The notes below the pieces were generated by a model. That model was given only the letters and a program-made list of their open reading frames with translations. It was not told where the DNA came from and ran no database searches. Of a stretch of 64,000 nucleotides of DNA, positions 1-13,443 are shown piece after piece. Position numbers and translations under genes: made by a program. This DNA is from Narcine bancroftii (lineage: Eukaryota): contig NC_091471.1 in assembly GCF_036971445.1 (NCBI RefSeq), forward strand, positions 296,608,001 to 296,672,000, in the 5' to 3' direction. Position 1 is the stretch's first letter, and each line of letters opens with the position of its first letter.

Positions 1-43
1 GAGAGAGATGAGGAAGAACTACAGTAACAGCTCTATCACTAAA

Positions 44-198
44 TATATTTACGACACGGTTATACTTTTGCACAGTAGAGGAATTAAGTTATGGGGTAAA
101 GGTTATAGGGACATCTGATCAGTCATGAACTTATTAAATGGTGGAGCAGGCTTGATGGGCCAGATGGCTAATTCCTGCTCTGATTTCTTGTTCTTCTA
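44..198 (+). mobile_element. CR1-like LINE 3' end fragment
   Basis: gaacttattaaatggtggagcaggcttgatgggccagatggctaattcctgctc tail; similar copies near 24560-24810 and 35380-35560. Confidence 0.6.
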
Positions 199-493
199 TC
201 AAATCCAAAATAATCAGCAATACAACAACCAGCTGATTTATGTGAAACTGAGTCCACAGGCAACACTTATTCACTTCAGAGAGTGCATTGTTCAAAAACA
301 GGAAAGGCCCACATAGGTTATGGTTCCTTCCTCATCCTGCACTCACTCTCAATACTCCAAACATAAAATATAGAAATGATACATGGACACCATTTGGTAT
401 TATTGTCTAACAGTGAAGCACCTTTAAAGGGAGGCCCAAAGCCAAATTTCATACCATTCAGGGGTGGTTGCTTGGCTTTATGTCTCCCTCTGC

Positions 494-1372
494 TGTGACA
501 GAGTACATAGATATGTTATTGGGGAAGGGTTTGTTAGAGTAGGTCACATACAAACACTTTAAAACAAATCTTATTTAAAATACTGGAGCTCTGCTAATGC
601 TAGTCATATCGGCTCCATAGCTTTTGCAAGAGCTTTGGAAAGTGCCCAAGAGACTTCATTAATGGATTGATGTTTATAAAAGGCAACAGATGAAAGATCT
701 TGTCAGAGGCGCTTTCTGTCTGGGAGATTGTTGTTCTAAGAAGGTCATGTGGTTTTGCAAGCAGAGAGAGTCAAACAGATTTTCTCTCAGAGAGAGAGAG
801 AGACACACACACATATAGATATCTCTTCTACACTGTCACAATCAGCAATAGTAGCTGGGACTAGAACAGGACAAGCTGGCAAGCTTATGGAAAGCCCCAT
901 TTGGAAGAAGGCCTGGTCAAGCCCTTGTGGTTCATGTAAGAGGAGAGGACTGGCTGTCTAATATTTCACTTGGAATAAGAGAAACAAAAGGAACTCTGTG
1001 GTGACCTGAAAGAAACAGGTTATCATCTGGAGAACCCTGAAGGGGCAAGTTTCATCAGTAAGACACTGATGTGGCTGATTATAAAGCAACAACAAATCTC
1101 TCTCTGAAAACTGACAAGAACCTTCCTGAGCGGTAACCATTTACCTTTCGAGCACCAAAGCCTGGTGAACTTTATAAATGTTAAATTCTGTGCACAGTAT
1201 AAGAATTGCCTACAACCAGTGAACTTGGAGGAATGAGAAGTGAAATTGGACTGTGAACCAAAGAACTTTTATGAACTTACACACACATAAAGATAATTAA
1301 AAGCAACTTTTATTTAAGTAACCATTTGTCTTGGTGAATATCTATTGCTGCTAGGTTTATGGGTCATAAACC
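494..1372 (+). mobile_element. Solo-LTR-like repeat, copy 1
   Basis: Starts TGTGACAGAGTA, ends TCATAA; colinear with 54426-55400; possible 4-bp TSD CTGC (490-493 / 1373-1376). Confidence 0.6.
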
Positions 1373-1409
1373 CTGCAATCTTCCACAAATAATGGAAGGA
1401 CAGAGGGAA

Positions 1410-1945
1410 GCGAGCTCAGAATTTATTGTCGTGAACAAGTTAGGAAATTCAGTGTTTTGCGGTAACATCATAGAGCAAATATTTATAAAACCATCTTACA
1501 ACATTACTATAAAAATTAAAAATAATAGTGCACAAAAAGTAAGCCAGTGTCTTTGGTTCATTGATTATTCAAGAATCTGATGGCAGCGGGGAGAAGCTGT
1601 CCTTGTGACATTGAGTGCTTGTCTTTAGGCTCCTGTACCTTTTTTATGATGAGAGCAGAGTGAAGGAGACATGGCCTGGCTCTTGAAGTTTTTTGAGGAT
1701 CAAAGCTGCTTTTTTAAGACATTGACTCATGTAGACGTCCTCGATGGAGTGAAGTCTGGTGCCTATGATGTTGCAGGCCGAGTTAACAACCCTCTGGAGC
1801 TTTTTCTTGCCTGAGAGTTGCACCTCCATACCAGACAGTGATACAACCAGCGAGAATGCTCTCCATGGTACACCTGTAGATGTTTACGAGAGTCTTCGGT
1901 GACATACCGAATCTCCTCAGACACCTCACCAAGTATAGCTGCTGG
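1410..1945 (-). mobile_element. Rex1/Babar-type LINE 3' fragment
   Basis: RCLRRFGMSPKTLVNIYRCTMESILAGCITVWYG is a post-RT motif of the Rex/Babar clade. Confidence 0.75.
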
Positions 1946-2149
1946 CAAGGACTGCTAGTGGGGATGGGGCTAAATACTACACAGTAAACTGGACAAGGCG
2001 ATGAGGGTGGCTGGGATGTACTCAATCATGTTGGAAGTTTAAAAAAAAAACCTCCACTATGCTCTATCCTTATGGTTCTCGAGAATAACAGAATTATTCA
2101 AAGCCCAAATGGAGACAGATGCCTTCAAGTCTGCTCCACTATTCATTTT

Positions 2150-2335
2150 TTAAATTTACACATACAACACTATAACAGACCATTTCAGCCCATAAATCTG
2201 TGCTGTCCAATTTACACCCAATTAACCTGCACCCTCAGTATGTTTTAAACGGTACAGGGAGAACATACAAACCCTGACAGACAGTGCAGGATTTTAACCC
2301 TGGCACTGATAAGGTGTTGTGCTAACCATGCCACC
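2150..2335 (-). mobile_element. V-SINE/HE1-like SINE
   Basis: Reverse-complement similarity to the SINE at 11958-12190. Confidence 0.55.
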
Positions 2336-3129
2336 CAAGAACCAAACTCCTTCAGCACCATTCCCCATCTCTCTCAATTCCCTTGATAGCCAGAAACCTG
2401 TCAAAATTTGGTTGGAATGAATATGACGAATGAAATGCACGGATACGCAAATAATAACCATGATCTACATTTTTGTTTTAATCTGTCTTGAAATTGTCCC
2501 TCCCCCTTACAGGTTTGAACACCCTTGGTGAGAGTTCAAGATACCTGTCTTAAGTAGAATTTCAGAAAATGAAAAACAGGACACAAAAAGTGCATTTTAA
2601 AATTAAAACAAATAAACATGGTTAACTGATGGCAATCAAGTTAAAGACACATCATTCAGAGAGATGTGTTTGTTGGGTCCTGCTGGGAAAGTGAAGTCTT
2701 TCAGGAGAAGGGTATAGGTCAGAGTAGGTGCTTCAGCACAGTGGCATCAGATTCACAAGTACATATCCACGTTTTCCCTCAGAAAGAGGACGATACTTCC
2801 ATTTTATATCAATACATTCGCAACCTCAGATTCTATGAAGTACATCAACAAAAAGGTTAAATTTTTTTGGTGATATACGAAATGCAACAGCAGTTTACAC
2901 ACAAGTTCTATAATCTGCCTTTTAGTTAGCTGGGAGTCAAAGATTGCCCCAGAAGGAATTCTGCTCCTTTCCAAAATGGAGCTGTGGATTTTTTTTTGTT
3001 TGTTTGCAGCTGGAACAGCTGACAAGTGCGATATCTCTGTAAAATACTCCTGTGCAATCAGTCTCTTCCTGGCTAAATTTGTGACAATGCTACCTTTCTA
3101 GCAGGGAAGAAATACATTAAAAACCCTAC

Positions 3130-3195
3130 CCGCAGTGCTGTTGAGAACTGTGCCTCAGCATTGTCCATGCAGTTTATGGAGATGCAATACAAACC
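3130..3195 (-). CDS. MAU2: MAU2 exon 12 (GLYCISINCMDNAEAQFSTALR); later exons lie left of the window
   Basis: 66 nt, cctgcag/gtaggg boundaries. No intact exon 13 was found in 1-3129. Confidence 0.93.
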
Positions 3196-3369
3196 CTGCA
3201 GGAGGAAAGCAGATGGTTAAGTCAGGAAATCACATTCGGAATTGTTTGTTGGTAAGATGTTCAACCTGCACAAAACACAGAGTTATTAATCCGTCACAAA
3301 TCTATGCAATAAACAGTAAATCTAAGACTCCAATGCTATTTCGTTCACCTTCTGTATTTCTAGGAGGGT

Positions 3370-4830
3370 TAGATTTAGATTTTAGATTTACTGTCAGAGT
3401 ACATACATGACATCACATACAACTGGGATTCATTTTTCCTGTGGGTGCAGCAGAACTACCACTTATTGGTTGTGCAAAAAATAAACTGTACACAGCACAA
3501 AATATGTAAGATCTGTAAAAGTCACAAATATAAATAAACTGACAGCAATAGAGAGAACAAAAAGAAAATCAATCAAGTGCCCAATTAAGAGTCCTTCAGA
3601 GAGTCGCTGGAGGGATAGCAGCTATTCCTGAACCTGGTGGTGCAAGTTTTGTGGCATCTCTACCTCTTCCCTGATGGCAGCAACAAGTTCAGAACACATG
3701 CTGGGTGGTGTGGATCTTTGATGATTGCTGCTTCTCTCCGACGGCAGCTTTCCCTTTAGATGGGAGGTATTACTTGTGATGTCCTGAGCTGTGTCCACCA
3801 CCTTTTGGAGGGCTTTGCGTTCAGGGTATTGGTGTTCCTATACCAGACTGTGACACAGCTGGTCAGCACATTTTCAACTATGTAGAAATTTGCAGGGCTT
3901 CTGGTGTCATACCAAACTTCTGAGTAAGTTGAGGCACTGATGTGCTTTCTTCACAATGCCATTAGTGTATTGGGTCCAGGAAAGATCCTCAGAGATAATG
4001 ATTCCTAAGAATTTAAATTTGCTCACCCACTCCACCTCAGATCCCCCAATAATCACTGGATTGTATACCTCTGGCTTTGCTTTCCTGAAGTCAATAATCA
4101 GCTCCTTAGTTTTGATGACATTGAGTGCAAAGTTGTTGTTGGTGCACCATTCAGCCAAGTTCAGCCTTGTTTTATACAACCCACTATCGTGGTATAATCA
4201 GCACATTTGTAGATGGTGTTATTATTGTACCGAGCTATACATCGTAGGTGTTGAGAGAGTCGAGTAGGGGGCTTAGAATACAGCTCCAGTACTGATGGAG
4301 ATTCTGGAGAAGTTCTTACCAATCTTTACTGATTGTGGTCTGAAGGTGAGGAAATCCATGATCCAATTATACACTGGGGTTTTAACTCCTCGGTCTTAGT
4401 TTGCTGATGAGTTTTGAAGGGATGATGTTGTGAAATGCTGAACTGTAGTTGATAAAGAGCATCCTGATGTATGCATCTTTGCTGACCAGGTGTTTCAGGG
4501 CTTTGTGTAGGGCTAGTGAGGTGGCATCACCCTAGACCTGTTTCTATGATAGGCAAACTAGAATGGATCCATGTCATCACTGAGACGGGAGCTGATATGC
4601 TCATCGTCAGCCTTTCAAAACACGCCATCACTGTTGATGCAAGTCCTACTGGTTGATAGTCATTAAACCAGGTTACATTCTTCACACCCTGTTGGAGTTA
4701 GACATTGAAGGTATCCATGAATACCTTGGTAAGTTGGTCAGCACAGCTTTTTCATAGTTGGCTAGGAACTCCATCCGGGCCGAATGCTTTCTTCGGATTC
4801 AGTCCCCTGAAGGCAGCATGTATGTCCTTA
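3370..4830 (-). mobile_element. Rex1/Babar-type LINE, degraded RT region
   Basis: WCTNNNFALNVIKTKELIIDFRK...FKFLGIIISEDLSW in ORF 3907..4179; (TCTAAA)n-like 3' tail near 3370. Confidence 0.8.
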
Positions 4831-5830
4831 GATACGGACATTACAGAAACAACAACTTCTTTGGTCAAGATTTAATATTACCAGTGGAGACAGAAGTAGA
4901 ATTATTATTAAGTATTAGGGATGTAAAGAAATTAATTTCAGAGATGTTATATATTATTACAAAAGAAGGCTCAAAAATGAGTTGATAAATCAAGACATAA
5001 ATGGGAGTTAGATTTAAACAAGTAAATAGATGAACGTAGATGGATTCAGATATGTAGAGAGAATGAAAAATACAATCAATGTGAGATTATAGGAGTTCAA
5101 TATTACTTTATTTGCCAGTTATATGTAACACATAATATGAATTATATTTATTCAGCTTTATGTTTTAGATGTGGACAAGAAGTTGGTACTTTTTTGCATT
5201 TGACTTGGCAGTGTTCCACAATTAAACCTTTTTTGCTTGAAATGGGTAATTTATTAGAACAAATAATTGGAGTAAGATTCCCACAGGATCCAATGTTATT
5301 TTTATTGGGAGATGTTAGTGGGATTAAACCTAAATTAAAACTGTATATCAGGTAAAATTTGTTCAATTTGCCTTAGCAATAGCCAGAAAAATGTATTGCT
5401 GTAAATTGGAAGTCAGATATTGATCTGGGAATGGATAAGATGGCATGCAGAAGTTCACAGTGGTATTCCACTTGAGAAAATTACTTATAATTTAAGAGAT
5501 ACATATCATACATTTTGTGAAATTATGGAGCCCATATTTACAAACTGGAGGTATTAAAGTTTAAATTAATATCGAATATACCCTTTCCCTTTGTCTCTAT
5601 GAATATTTATATGTTTAAAAGTATCGGAAAGTGAAGTTCTCCTGTTGTGGTTTTCTTGTCCATCTTTCTTTTTTTCAGTTTGTAGGGGATTGGGGGGGAT
5701 TTATAGGAGGTTTTCATTCTTTTGTATATTTTTAAACTTTCTTTTTTATAAAATACCAGATGTATTTGGATTGAATTTGAAATATTGTGATTATTTTTGC
5801 TAGTGGTTTTATATTAAATAAAATATTTAA
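4830..5830 (+). mobile_element. L1-clade LINE 3' end
   Basis: CFRCGQEVGTFLHLTWQC cysteine knuckle, IPLEKITYNL motif, A-rich tail. Confidence 0.8.
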
Positions 5831-6545
5831 AAAAACAACTAATGTATGAAAATTTATTTGGTCAGAGGAAATGCTGTATGTAACAAGCTGCTTCAGAAAG
5901 GAATGTCCTGTAATCCAATGGTCAGTAGTTTCTGAGAACACCAATACTTGGGATAGTTGAAGAGTATATTTCACAGAAGCTCCAGTAGATCTTCCATGAT
6001 CTGATCCATTTTCCAATGAACCAAGCCACCAAGCACATTCTTGTCCACATTGTATGGATTGTGACCCAGCGAGCACTACACAGGTATCAAAGCTCAACAA
6101 CAAATGATATTACCATCTTGGATGGTTTCTTCCACCTGCCTGCAAGATAGATTGAATGAACGGGCAAACCTCACCAACTGACTGAACTTGGCAATCAAAC
6201 AGATGCTAATTTGAACGAGCCTACCAGCATTCACACATGCCTTGGTTCCCCAGAATAAGTATTGCTGTATGACAGGGAAAATGATAAAAATTGATAAATA
6301 ACAGAGCAAAATCAAGTTCATAGAGAAACTGCGCAGGTTAAGCAACATCTTGAGAGGCAGAGGCATTTCCGACGCAAGGTCACAGTCCGAAAACTTAACC
6401 ATCCCTTGACCTCCACAGATGCTGGTTGGCCTGCCGAGTTCCTCAAGCAGATTCCAACAGATTGCTCTGGAATCCCACCGCGGCAGACTTGATAAATAAC
6501 AAAACCTTGTTGATTGGCCAGCCACTGAGCTGCTTTCTTACTCAC

Positions 6546-6623
6546 CAGTAGTGTGTGAAGCTGGGCAGCATGGTTGGAAAATAACCTGGGAGACTGCTGA
6601 CACAGTTGACAGACCTGAGAAAT
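6546..6623 (-). CDS. MAU2: MAU2 exon 11 (ISQVCQLCQQSPRLFSNHAAQLHTLL)
   Basis: 78 nt, ctttag/gtgagt boundaries. Confidence 0.95.
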
Positions 6624-7288
6624 CTAAAGAGATACAAAAACTGTGAATCTCCAGCCAGCAAGGAAATCACAATTAGCTGAATGTTTTGGTTGATGCTAAC
6701 CATGTTTCATTGACTGGTATACCAGCATAATGACAATACAGAGAATCATCATTATGTCATCTGCTTGGAGTGAGAATTGGAAAAGGAGGCATTTTAAATA
6801 TATTGGTTACAGATGAAGTTGGTTGACAACCAGACCAAAAAAAAAGATCCTGTCACTTCATAGCTAAGCTGAGGTGCTTCTAAATAATAATGCCTGGGGT
6901 CATCAACCTGATAGAATTCATTAACTCTAAAGCAACATCACTTAACTTCCAACAAGCATTCTCTCACCTGCCAAGATGTGGAACTCTCCTTCCCTTTTCT
7001 ACTTCTCCATTTTTGAAACAATCCCCAAAATCTCTCTTCTTGAAAACCGTTTTTGGTCACCTATCCATCTTCTTCCAGTGCAGTGCCCAAATGGAGTTAT
7101 TTTTGCTATGGTGAAGTCAGCACATAAATTCAAACTGCTGCTGCTCAAGAAATACCCTCACCTGAACTACCTGGATAAGATGTGAACACAGGCACCAGAG
7201 GTCGAAGTCAAGTTTGTGCCTAGCCCAACACATCCCTGCTCAATGATGTTGTTTGTTCATCATCCTGGGCATTTCAAAGCATACTAAC

Positions 7289-7392
7289 CTCTTGGAGAGC
7301 CGTGGCTTTGTGGCCTGTTACAAGTCGACACATGATAATATGCTCCAGCAACATGACTTGAAATGAGGAGAGGATTGGGCTGCAATCCAGCA
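7289..7392 (-). CDS. MAU2: MAU2 exon 10 ([35 protein letters not shown])
   Basis: 104 nt, gtatag/gttagt boundaries; phase matches exon 9. Confidence 0.95.
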
Positions 7393-7857
7393 CTATACAA
7401 AGAGAGGAATAAGTATTACATTGATCCTGTAAACAGAAAACCTGATTTATCACCACTGATGAACTAATATTTTAAGAAATCCTTTGGAAATCCAATTGAA
7501 AATGGCAATGGTGTTTTTAAAATTACATTTCACAGGCTAAGGTCTATGATTATTTGGGCCAAAGGTTATTTCCCAGTGTTCAAGTGACAACTCTGTCTTT
7601 ACTAACATTGCATCCCAAAATTAACTAATAATGGACCAGTACCAATGACAGTATCCCAATTAAATAAAACATACCAATCCATCTAAACTGTGCCCCAGTG
7701 TAGACCTGTACCCACCAGTACTGTACCCACATTTGTGGCAGACCTGTATCCACCAGTACTGTTACTTTGTGTATGAGTAGAATCTATATAGAAGTCGAGA
7801 CCAAATTTTCCAGGCAGCAACAGAACTCGCAATCAATTTAGTGCTGCAAGGACTTAC

Positions 7858-7948
7858 TTTTTAATTTTTCTAACTGCATGAGTGCTTTATCTGTGTATTT
7901 CTGGGCTTTCTCCAAGTATCCAGCTTGCATGGAGTGCATCACAGTCAC
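7858..7948 (-). CDS. MAU2: MAU2 exon 9 ([30 protein letters not shown])
   Basis: 91 nt, tttcag/gtaagt boundaries, ends in phase 1. Confidence 0.95.
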
Positions 7949-9879
7949 CTGAAACACAAGAACTTCTGCATCATGCACATATATTTTACCATAATATCCT
8001 ACACAGAGCACTAAGCTGTGTAAGTGCAGCCAAACACAACCAAAGTCAGTGCAATATCTTAATTGCTGATGTGCTAAGATGATTGAAATTATACTTTACT
8101 AATGATGGTCGGTTACAAAAGGTGCTTGCTACTCCGTCATAGAGGCTTTGGTGTTTTTAAAATTACATTTGAATTGAGTCAGCTGACAGCCACCCAAGAT
8201 CAGTTCAGATATCACAATTAGACAACATTAATAAAATATTTTTGCAGCATTCAGCTTTGAAATGTCCTGAAAGCACCAGGAAAGACTTGGCAAGGTCAAG
8301 AGAATAAGAACTGGCAAAGAAATTCCTTTCCACCATTTCAATTCCTCAGCTTGACATGACAGTCCTGGCTGACTCTTGCAGAGGAGTGAAACATGAAAGT
8401 CTTCAGATGCTGTGATTCTAGTCAAAACACAGATGCTGGAGGAACTCAGCCAAGTCTTGCATTGCCCATAAGAGGTAAAGATATATACCATAACCAACAT
8501 TTCGGCCCTGAGCCCTTCCTCAAGGTATGCATATTCACATTTAGGGGTCAGGTTCAAGGGCAAGTGGCTGATTCCCACTTTAGTTTAAGTTCTTGTGCAG
8601 CCTACAGGGAAAGAAACCCCTTGATGTGCACGAGGTATAAGCTTTGTGACAAGAACAGAGTGATTTTATGCTCCACCTGAACCAGGGTTTCATTCTCCAA
8701 TGACACCTCCCTCATCTTGAGACAAGCTAAAGCACTTCTGAATATCATTCTGTGCAATAACATAGAATGTTTTCCTACATTCGAAAAAGCAATTCATACA
8801 CACCAACTGCTTTTGAAGTGTGAGCTGGGCCAACAACAATCACTGGGCTATTCGACAAGAGAAGAGGAAATCACATTCAAGCTCAGGATCATCTCCTTTC
8901 CTTCATGCGGCCATGGTGAAACTGCTGATCCCATGCCAGGACTGAATGACACACCAGGGTTCAAGCCAGGGCTTTTTGAGGGATAAATATTGGCACAAGC
9001 TCCCCATATTTTCTCGAAATTGAGAAATATAATCTTTTGATTTCACTTGACAAGGCAGTTGGAACTCTTTTAATAACTCTGACATTTCTGACATTGCAAC
9101 ACCAGTTTCAACCTGGATTCTACATTGCAGAATTAGACCTTCACAATCTGACTTACAGGTTGATTCCAATGATATTTACTTTTTTAAAAAAAATAAAAGC
9201 AGCTACAAATGAATTTCCTTGCCACCAGATGGTCAAAGATGATAATAGATTGGGAAAATTCAATGTTATTTATGCAAGGAAATTACATCGATAAATGTGT
9301 TTTTTTTTTTAAATTATACCTGAAAGACACAACTACTCATTTCCTGTGATGTACTTAGAAGTACATGGAAGTCATACAGCAGAGAAACAAGCCCTTCAAC
9401 CAACTGGCACGCATTGACCAAGTTGCCATCCCCAAGCTAGATATCCTTCAAAAGCTTTCCTGTCTGGTACCTGCCCAAATGTCTCTTAAATGTTGTTCTT
9501 GCAAGTGTACCATTTCCTCTAGCAGCTTGTTACACATATCCTCCAGTCTGCGTGAAGAGATACCGAACAAAGATAAATAAACATTGGAGAACATGGGATT
9601 GGACTGATAAAATGGTATGGATTAAGACTAATTTTTTGACAGAATGCAGATGAGAAACAAGTTGGTCATTTTCTGAATGGAATGAGGCGAATCCACGGAC
9701 CCTGCAGAGACACTGTCTCTCTTCTGCTTCATCTTCTCTCTTACTGTAAGGGGCACCAAGCAATACTAATGGTGACTCTTTGTCTGCCTTACAGCAAGCA
9801 GAAAGAAATTTCAGATAAAAATATTACATTTTCTGCATTATTTCATGACCATATAGGAATCTTGTTCACAATCTATACA

Positions 9880-10760
9880 CAGTGATGTGGAGGAGCAGAG
9901 AACTGTGATATATTCAAGTAAGCTGATGATGCAAATCAGATGGCAGACAAGATCAAGATATTGCAAGTACACATTATCCATTATTTATCTGGATTTTTAA
10001 AAAAAAGAATGGAGAGACTTCAGGGGAATGTTGACGCAAGGTGAATAGTGAAGGTCATGTAAGATGGAGCATAACACAGAACTTCTTCCTCCCTGGTTGG
10101 AAAAGTAGAAAAGCAGTAGTTTTACTCTAGTAGCAAAGGAAAAGTAATTAATATCCGGAGGAAGGATGTCCTTTCATATGAATCAATTAAAAATCAACAA
10201 GTAGGTACTCAAACAATTTGAAGGGCTAATGTTTTTGAATCTTGCAATTCTGAGAGCAAATAATTTCAAATGGAATGATATTCCACTCTTGTGAAACTGC
10301 AGCTGAAATAACATGTACAAGTCTGATCTCCCTACCCAATGAACAATGTACTTGTGACAGAGTGCAACCAGAAAAAATATCGCATTGATTCTTGGAAGGC
10401 TAGGTTTTTCAAGAAGGAGAGATTCAGCACAGTAGGCCTATAATCTACAGAATTTAGAAGAACGAGGAGCAATCTCAAAAAAACAGACAAAATACTTCCC
10501 AGAGTACATCTCAAAATATGGAGTCAGTCATTCAGGACACAGATGAAAAGGAACGTCTTCACCTAGAGAACAGTGAACTTTACAAAATTTTCCTCACAAA
10601 TGAAATACAAGATTTTGTAGCTGACTATAACAGAGGCCAATCAATTTTTCAATACGGTGGAAATCAACTGGTACAGGAATGCAACATTCAGCGGGATCTC
10701 TTATTGAAAGGTGAAGCAGGTGTGAAGAGATCAATGGCCTGCTTCTACTTTTCTTAAATT
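9880..10760 (+). mobile_element. Degraded CR1-like LINE
   Basis: ADD-like RT remnant, then typical CR1 3' blocks and tail (gaagcaggtgtgaagagatcaatggcctgcttct). Confidence 0.5.
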
Positions 10761-10808
10761 CTTATTGATCCAACATCAACGAAAATAGACGGTGAAGAAC
10801 CTCCTTAC

Positions 10809-10955
10809 CAGATAAACCAGGACACACATATGCTCCTTGGGTAGCCAGTGAAAGAGGTCTGCAGGATTACTGGGCAAAATCTCATCATCATGTAATGTGG
10901 AGATGGTTTGAATGCACTGCTGCAGCTGTTTCAGACAGGGCTTTACGCTTTTGAC
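10809..10955 (-). CDS. MAU2: MAU2 exon 8 (VKSVKPCLKQLQQCIQTISTLHDDEILPSNPADLFHWLPKEHMCVLVYL)
   Basis: 147 nt, cttcag/gtaagg boundaries; inside ORF 10776..10997. Confidence 0.96.
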
Positions 10956-11476
10956 CTGAAGATGAGTTCCACATAATCTGTTAGTTATGTTTTCCAAAAA
11001 TGCTGAGGTCTCATAAAACTACATTTATATTTTGAAGCAGTATTTTGAAACAGATGGATATTAAGATACATTTTTAATCAATTACAGTAAATTCCATGTT
11101 ATCAAGCAACTGGCAAAAAAAAAAATGGAAAATAAATAGGTTAAAAAAAAAATTGAAGTTTGAAATGGCCATGCCTCGCCATTACAGGTAGTTCACCAAT
11201 CACACAGCATGAAGTTTCAAGCCATTGGAAAATTCACTTATCCGGCATCTACCAACCTCCATGGGTGATGGATACCAGGGGTTTTACTGTCTATTTATGG
11301 CTGTGGTCACGTGATCAACATCAGTGCAGTTTTGCAAAACATGCAAGTCTGCAATAGAATTGCCACAAGATACAAAGGTCCATTTGTCAGTAGCCAGCAA
11401 CAGTAGCAGTGCACCTGAACCAATGTCATGCTGGTTTAGAAGCACCATGGCATGCAGGTGAATTTGTTTTACTCAC

Positions 11477-11632
11477 CTGCCCTGCGTCCAGGTAGTGTGT
11501 GACTTGTAGTACCAAAAAGAAGACACGTAGAGACTCTTTCTGTATTGGATTACCCAGCCAGTTCTCTACAATCTGGCCACATAGAGTCAGCAGAGGGTGA
11601 ACCTCCTGCAGTTTCCGTTCCATCAATAGCAG
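11477..11632 (-). CDS. MAU2: MAU2 exon 7 (LLLMERKLQEVHPLLTLCGQIVENWLGNPIQKESLRVFFLVLQVTHYLDAGQ)
   Basis: 156 nt, ctctag/gtgagt boundaries; overlaps ORF 11426..11626. Confidence 0.96.
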
Positions 11633-11957
11633 CTAGAGACCAATGGGGAGAACACACAAATTATATATATATTTATATAAAAATCAACAATAAGTCAACA
11701 TCAATTCCCACTGACTGTCATCAATCCAAAATCTGTGAATGACCAACAGACCTCATTATAAAGAAAACTAGCAGTGTTTGGCACTGCCCAGAGTTAGTTT
11801 GAAGGCGATCCCCTGTACATAGCCATTTCACTCACTGAATGCTGTGGGAGGGATTGCCGAATATAACTCCTGAAAGTATTTCTTCCAACTCATTCTCTTC
11901 TCTGGCTGCTCACTCACCTGTGGAATCTGACACTTTCTGAAGTTGATTGATCATCAG

Positions 11958-12190
11958 TTGGCATAGCGGCTTGGCTGGCGTTGCGGTTAGCGCTACGCCT
12001 TCACAGCACCAGTGATTGGAATCCCGTGCTGTCTGTAAGGAGTTTGTACATTCTCTCTGTGTCTGTGTGGGTTTTCCCTGGGGGTTCCAGTTTCCTCCCA
12101 CCTTTCGAAAAGTACCGGGGCGTAGATTAATTGGTTGTAAATTGGGACCGAAATGACCTGTTACCATGCTTATGTCTAAATTTAAAAATA
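11958..12190 (+). mobile_element. V-SINE/HE1-like tRNA-derived SINE
   Basis: tRNA-like head (gcggttagcgctacgccttcacagcacc); V-domain ggagtttgtacattctc...gtgggttttcc...gtttcctcccac; AT-rich tail. Confidence 0.75.
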
Positions 12191-12364
12191 CAAATCTTTT
12201 AGAAATGAACAGTTCTGGGAGTGACACTATGGTACCAGCTTCCAACACTGACCTGATTTCAAATAGACTACGCAATTACTCGGGTTTAAAATGAGAAATG
12301 AGAACTGAAAATGCCCATTTAGGACTCTGCTCAAAGTTCATGTGCCCCTTTCCTTGTGAAGCAG

Positions 12365-12512
12365 TCAAGTATGAAACACGAAAGTCTGCAGAAGCTGCGA
12401 TTGTAGTGAAAACACAGAAACGTTGGAGGAACTCATCAGGTTTCGCAGCATCCTTAGGAGGTAAAGATATATAACTGACGTTTCAGGCCCAAGCCCTTCT
12501 TCAGCGTATAAG
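12365..12512 (-). mobile_element. Penelope-associated short element with canonical minimal hammerhead core
   Basis: Minus strand reads CTGAAGA-A-GGGCTTGGGCCT-GAAA-CGTC, followed by the family body (TATCTTTACCTCC...GAGTTCCTCCA...TGCAGACTTTCGTGTTTCA). Confidence 0.65.
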
Positions 12513-13443
12513 TGTGTCAAGTTTAGTTGGTTTCTTCCATAATTCTCACCTACCAACTTCATAAAAAACATTAAAAAAAATTATGATTTCAGCCTGGCAA
12601 ATTTATTATCTTCCCAACCCATTTGGACCAACTTCCCCAAATTGATGTCCATGAAACAAATGCAGACCGGAGATTGAGGAGCCAGTGTTACCAGGAATTT
12701 AGGGGGCATGAATGAATTTTGACACGGCAAAAGAATTTTGGCTGAGTTCAAGCTTATGGTTGGAAAAAAAGGGCAAGGTCGTTGCATATTAGAATAGTGA
12801 AGTTTCTGGCTATCTCTGGTATGGTATTGAGCCCGACACCTCCACTGGGAGCCACAGCACATTTAAATAAAAGCCTTGTTTTCTTTTCGCCCCATAATTT
12901 TTAAAAAAATTATGTAGTCAGTAGGAGAGAAGTACGGAATAAACTAAAACTTGACTGCTTCACAGGGTAGGGGGCCCATAAACATTGAGCAGTCCTTGAT
13001 GGTGGGGTGGGGGTGGCGTGGAGCTGAAAAAAGATTGAGAATAGCTGATTTGAGCTTCAGTAGAAAACAGCCTGATGTATGGATAGAATTAGACAGCAGC
13101 CAAGCTGAAAGCACAATTTTAATGATGGCACATCTGTGTGGTTTGAACCATGACCCACATCAAACCAAGGCTGTGAATAGTCAGGGCAACCTCACACAGT
13201 TTCTGAAGGAATGGGGACCCGTGGGAAGGGAATAGAGTTTGTAACAAGATCAAAGATAATGGATTCAGTGTTCCCACGTTTTAGTTGGAGGAAATCATGC
13301 AGAAGTTGGAAGAGGTGATAATGACACAGAATGGGTGGGTTACAATTCCCACAGTGGACATACAGTTTACAATATCTAGAGCAATGAAAACTGTATGCAG
13401 ATAATCATTAATTACAAATTATCTAAATTAAAAAAACACTTAC

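Noticed and set aside
5732-6545. ORFs of 123-143 aa in MAU2 intron 11
   Set aside because: No recognisable domain and not needed for the MAU2 frame; probably old repeat sequence.
11958-12030. tRNA gene
   Set aside because: The tRNA-like head continues into a SINE V-domain and tail, and no complete cloverleaf is present.
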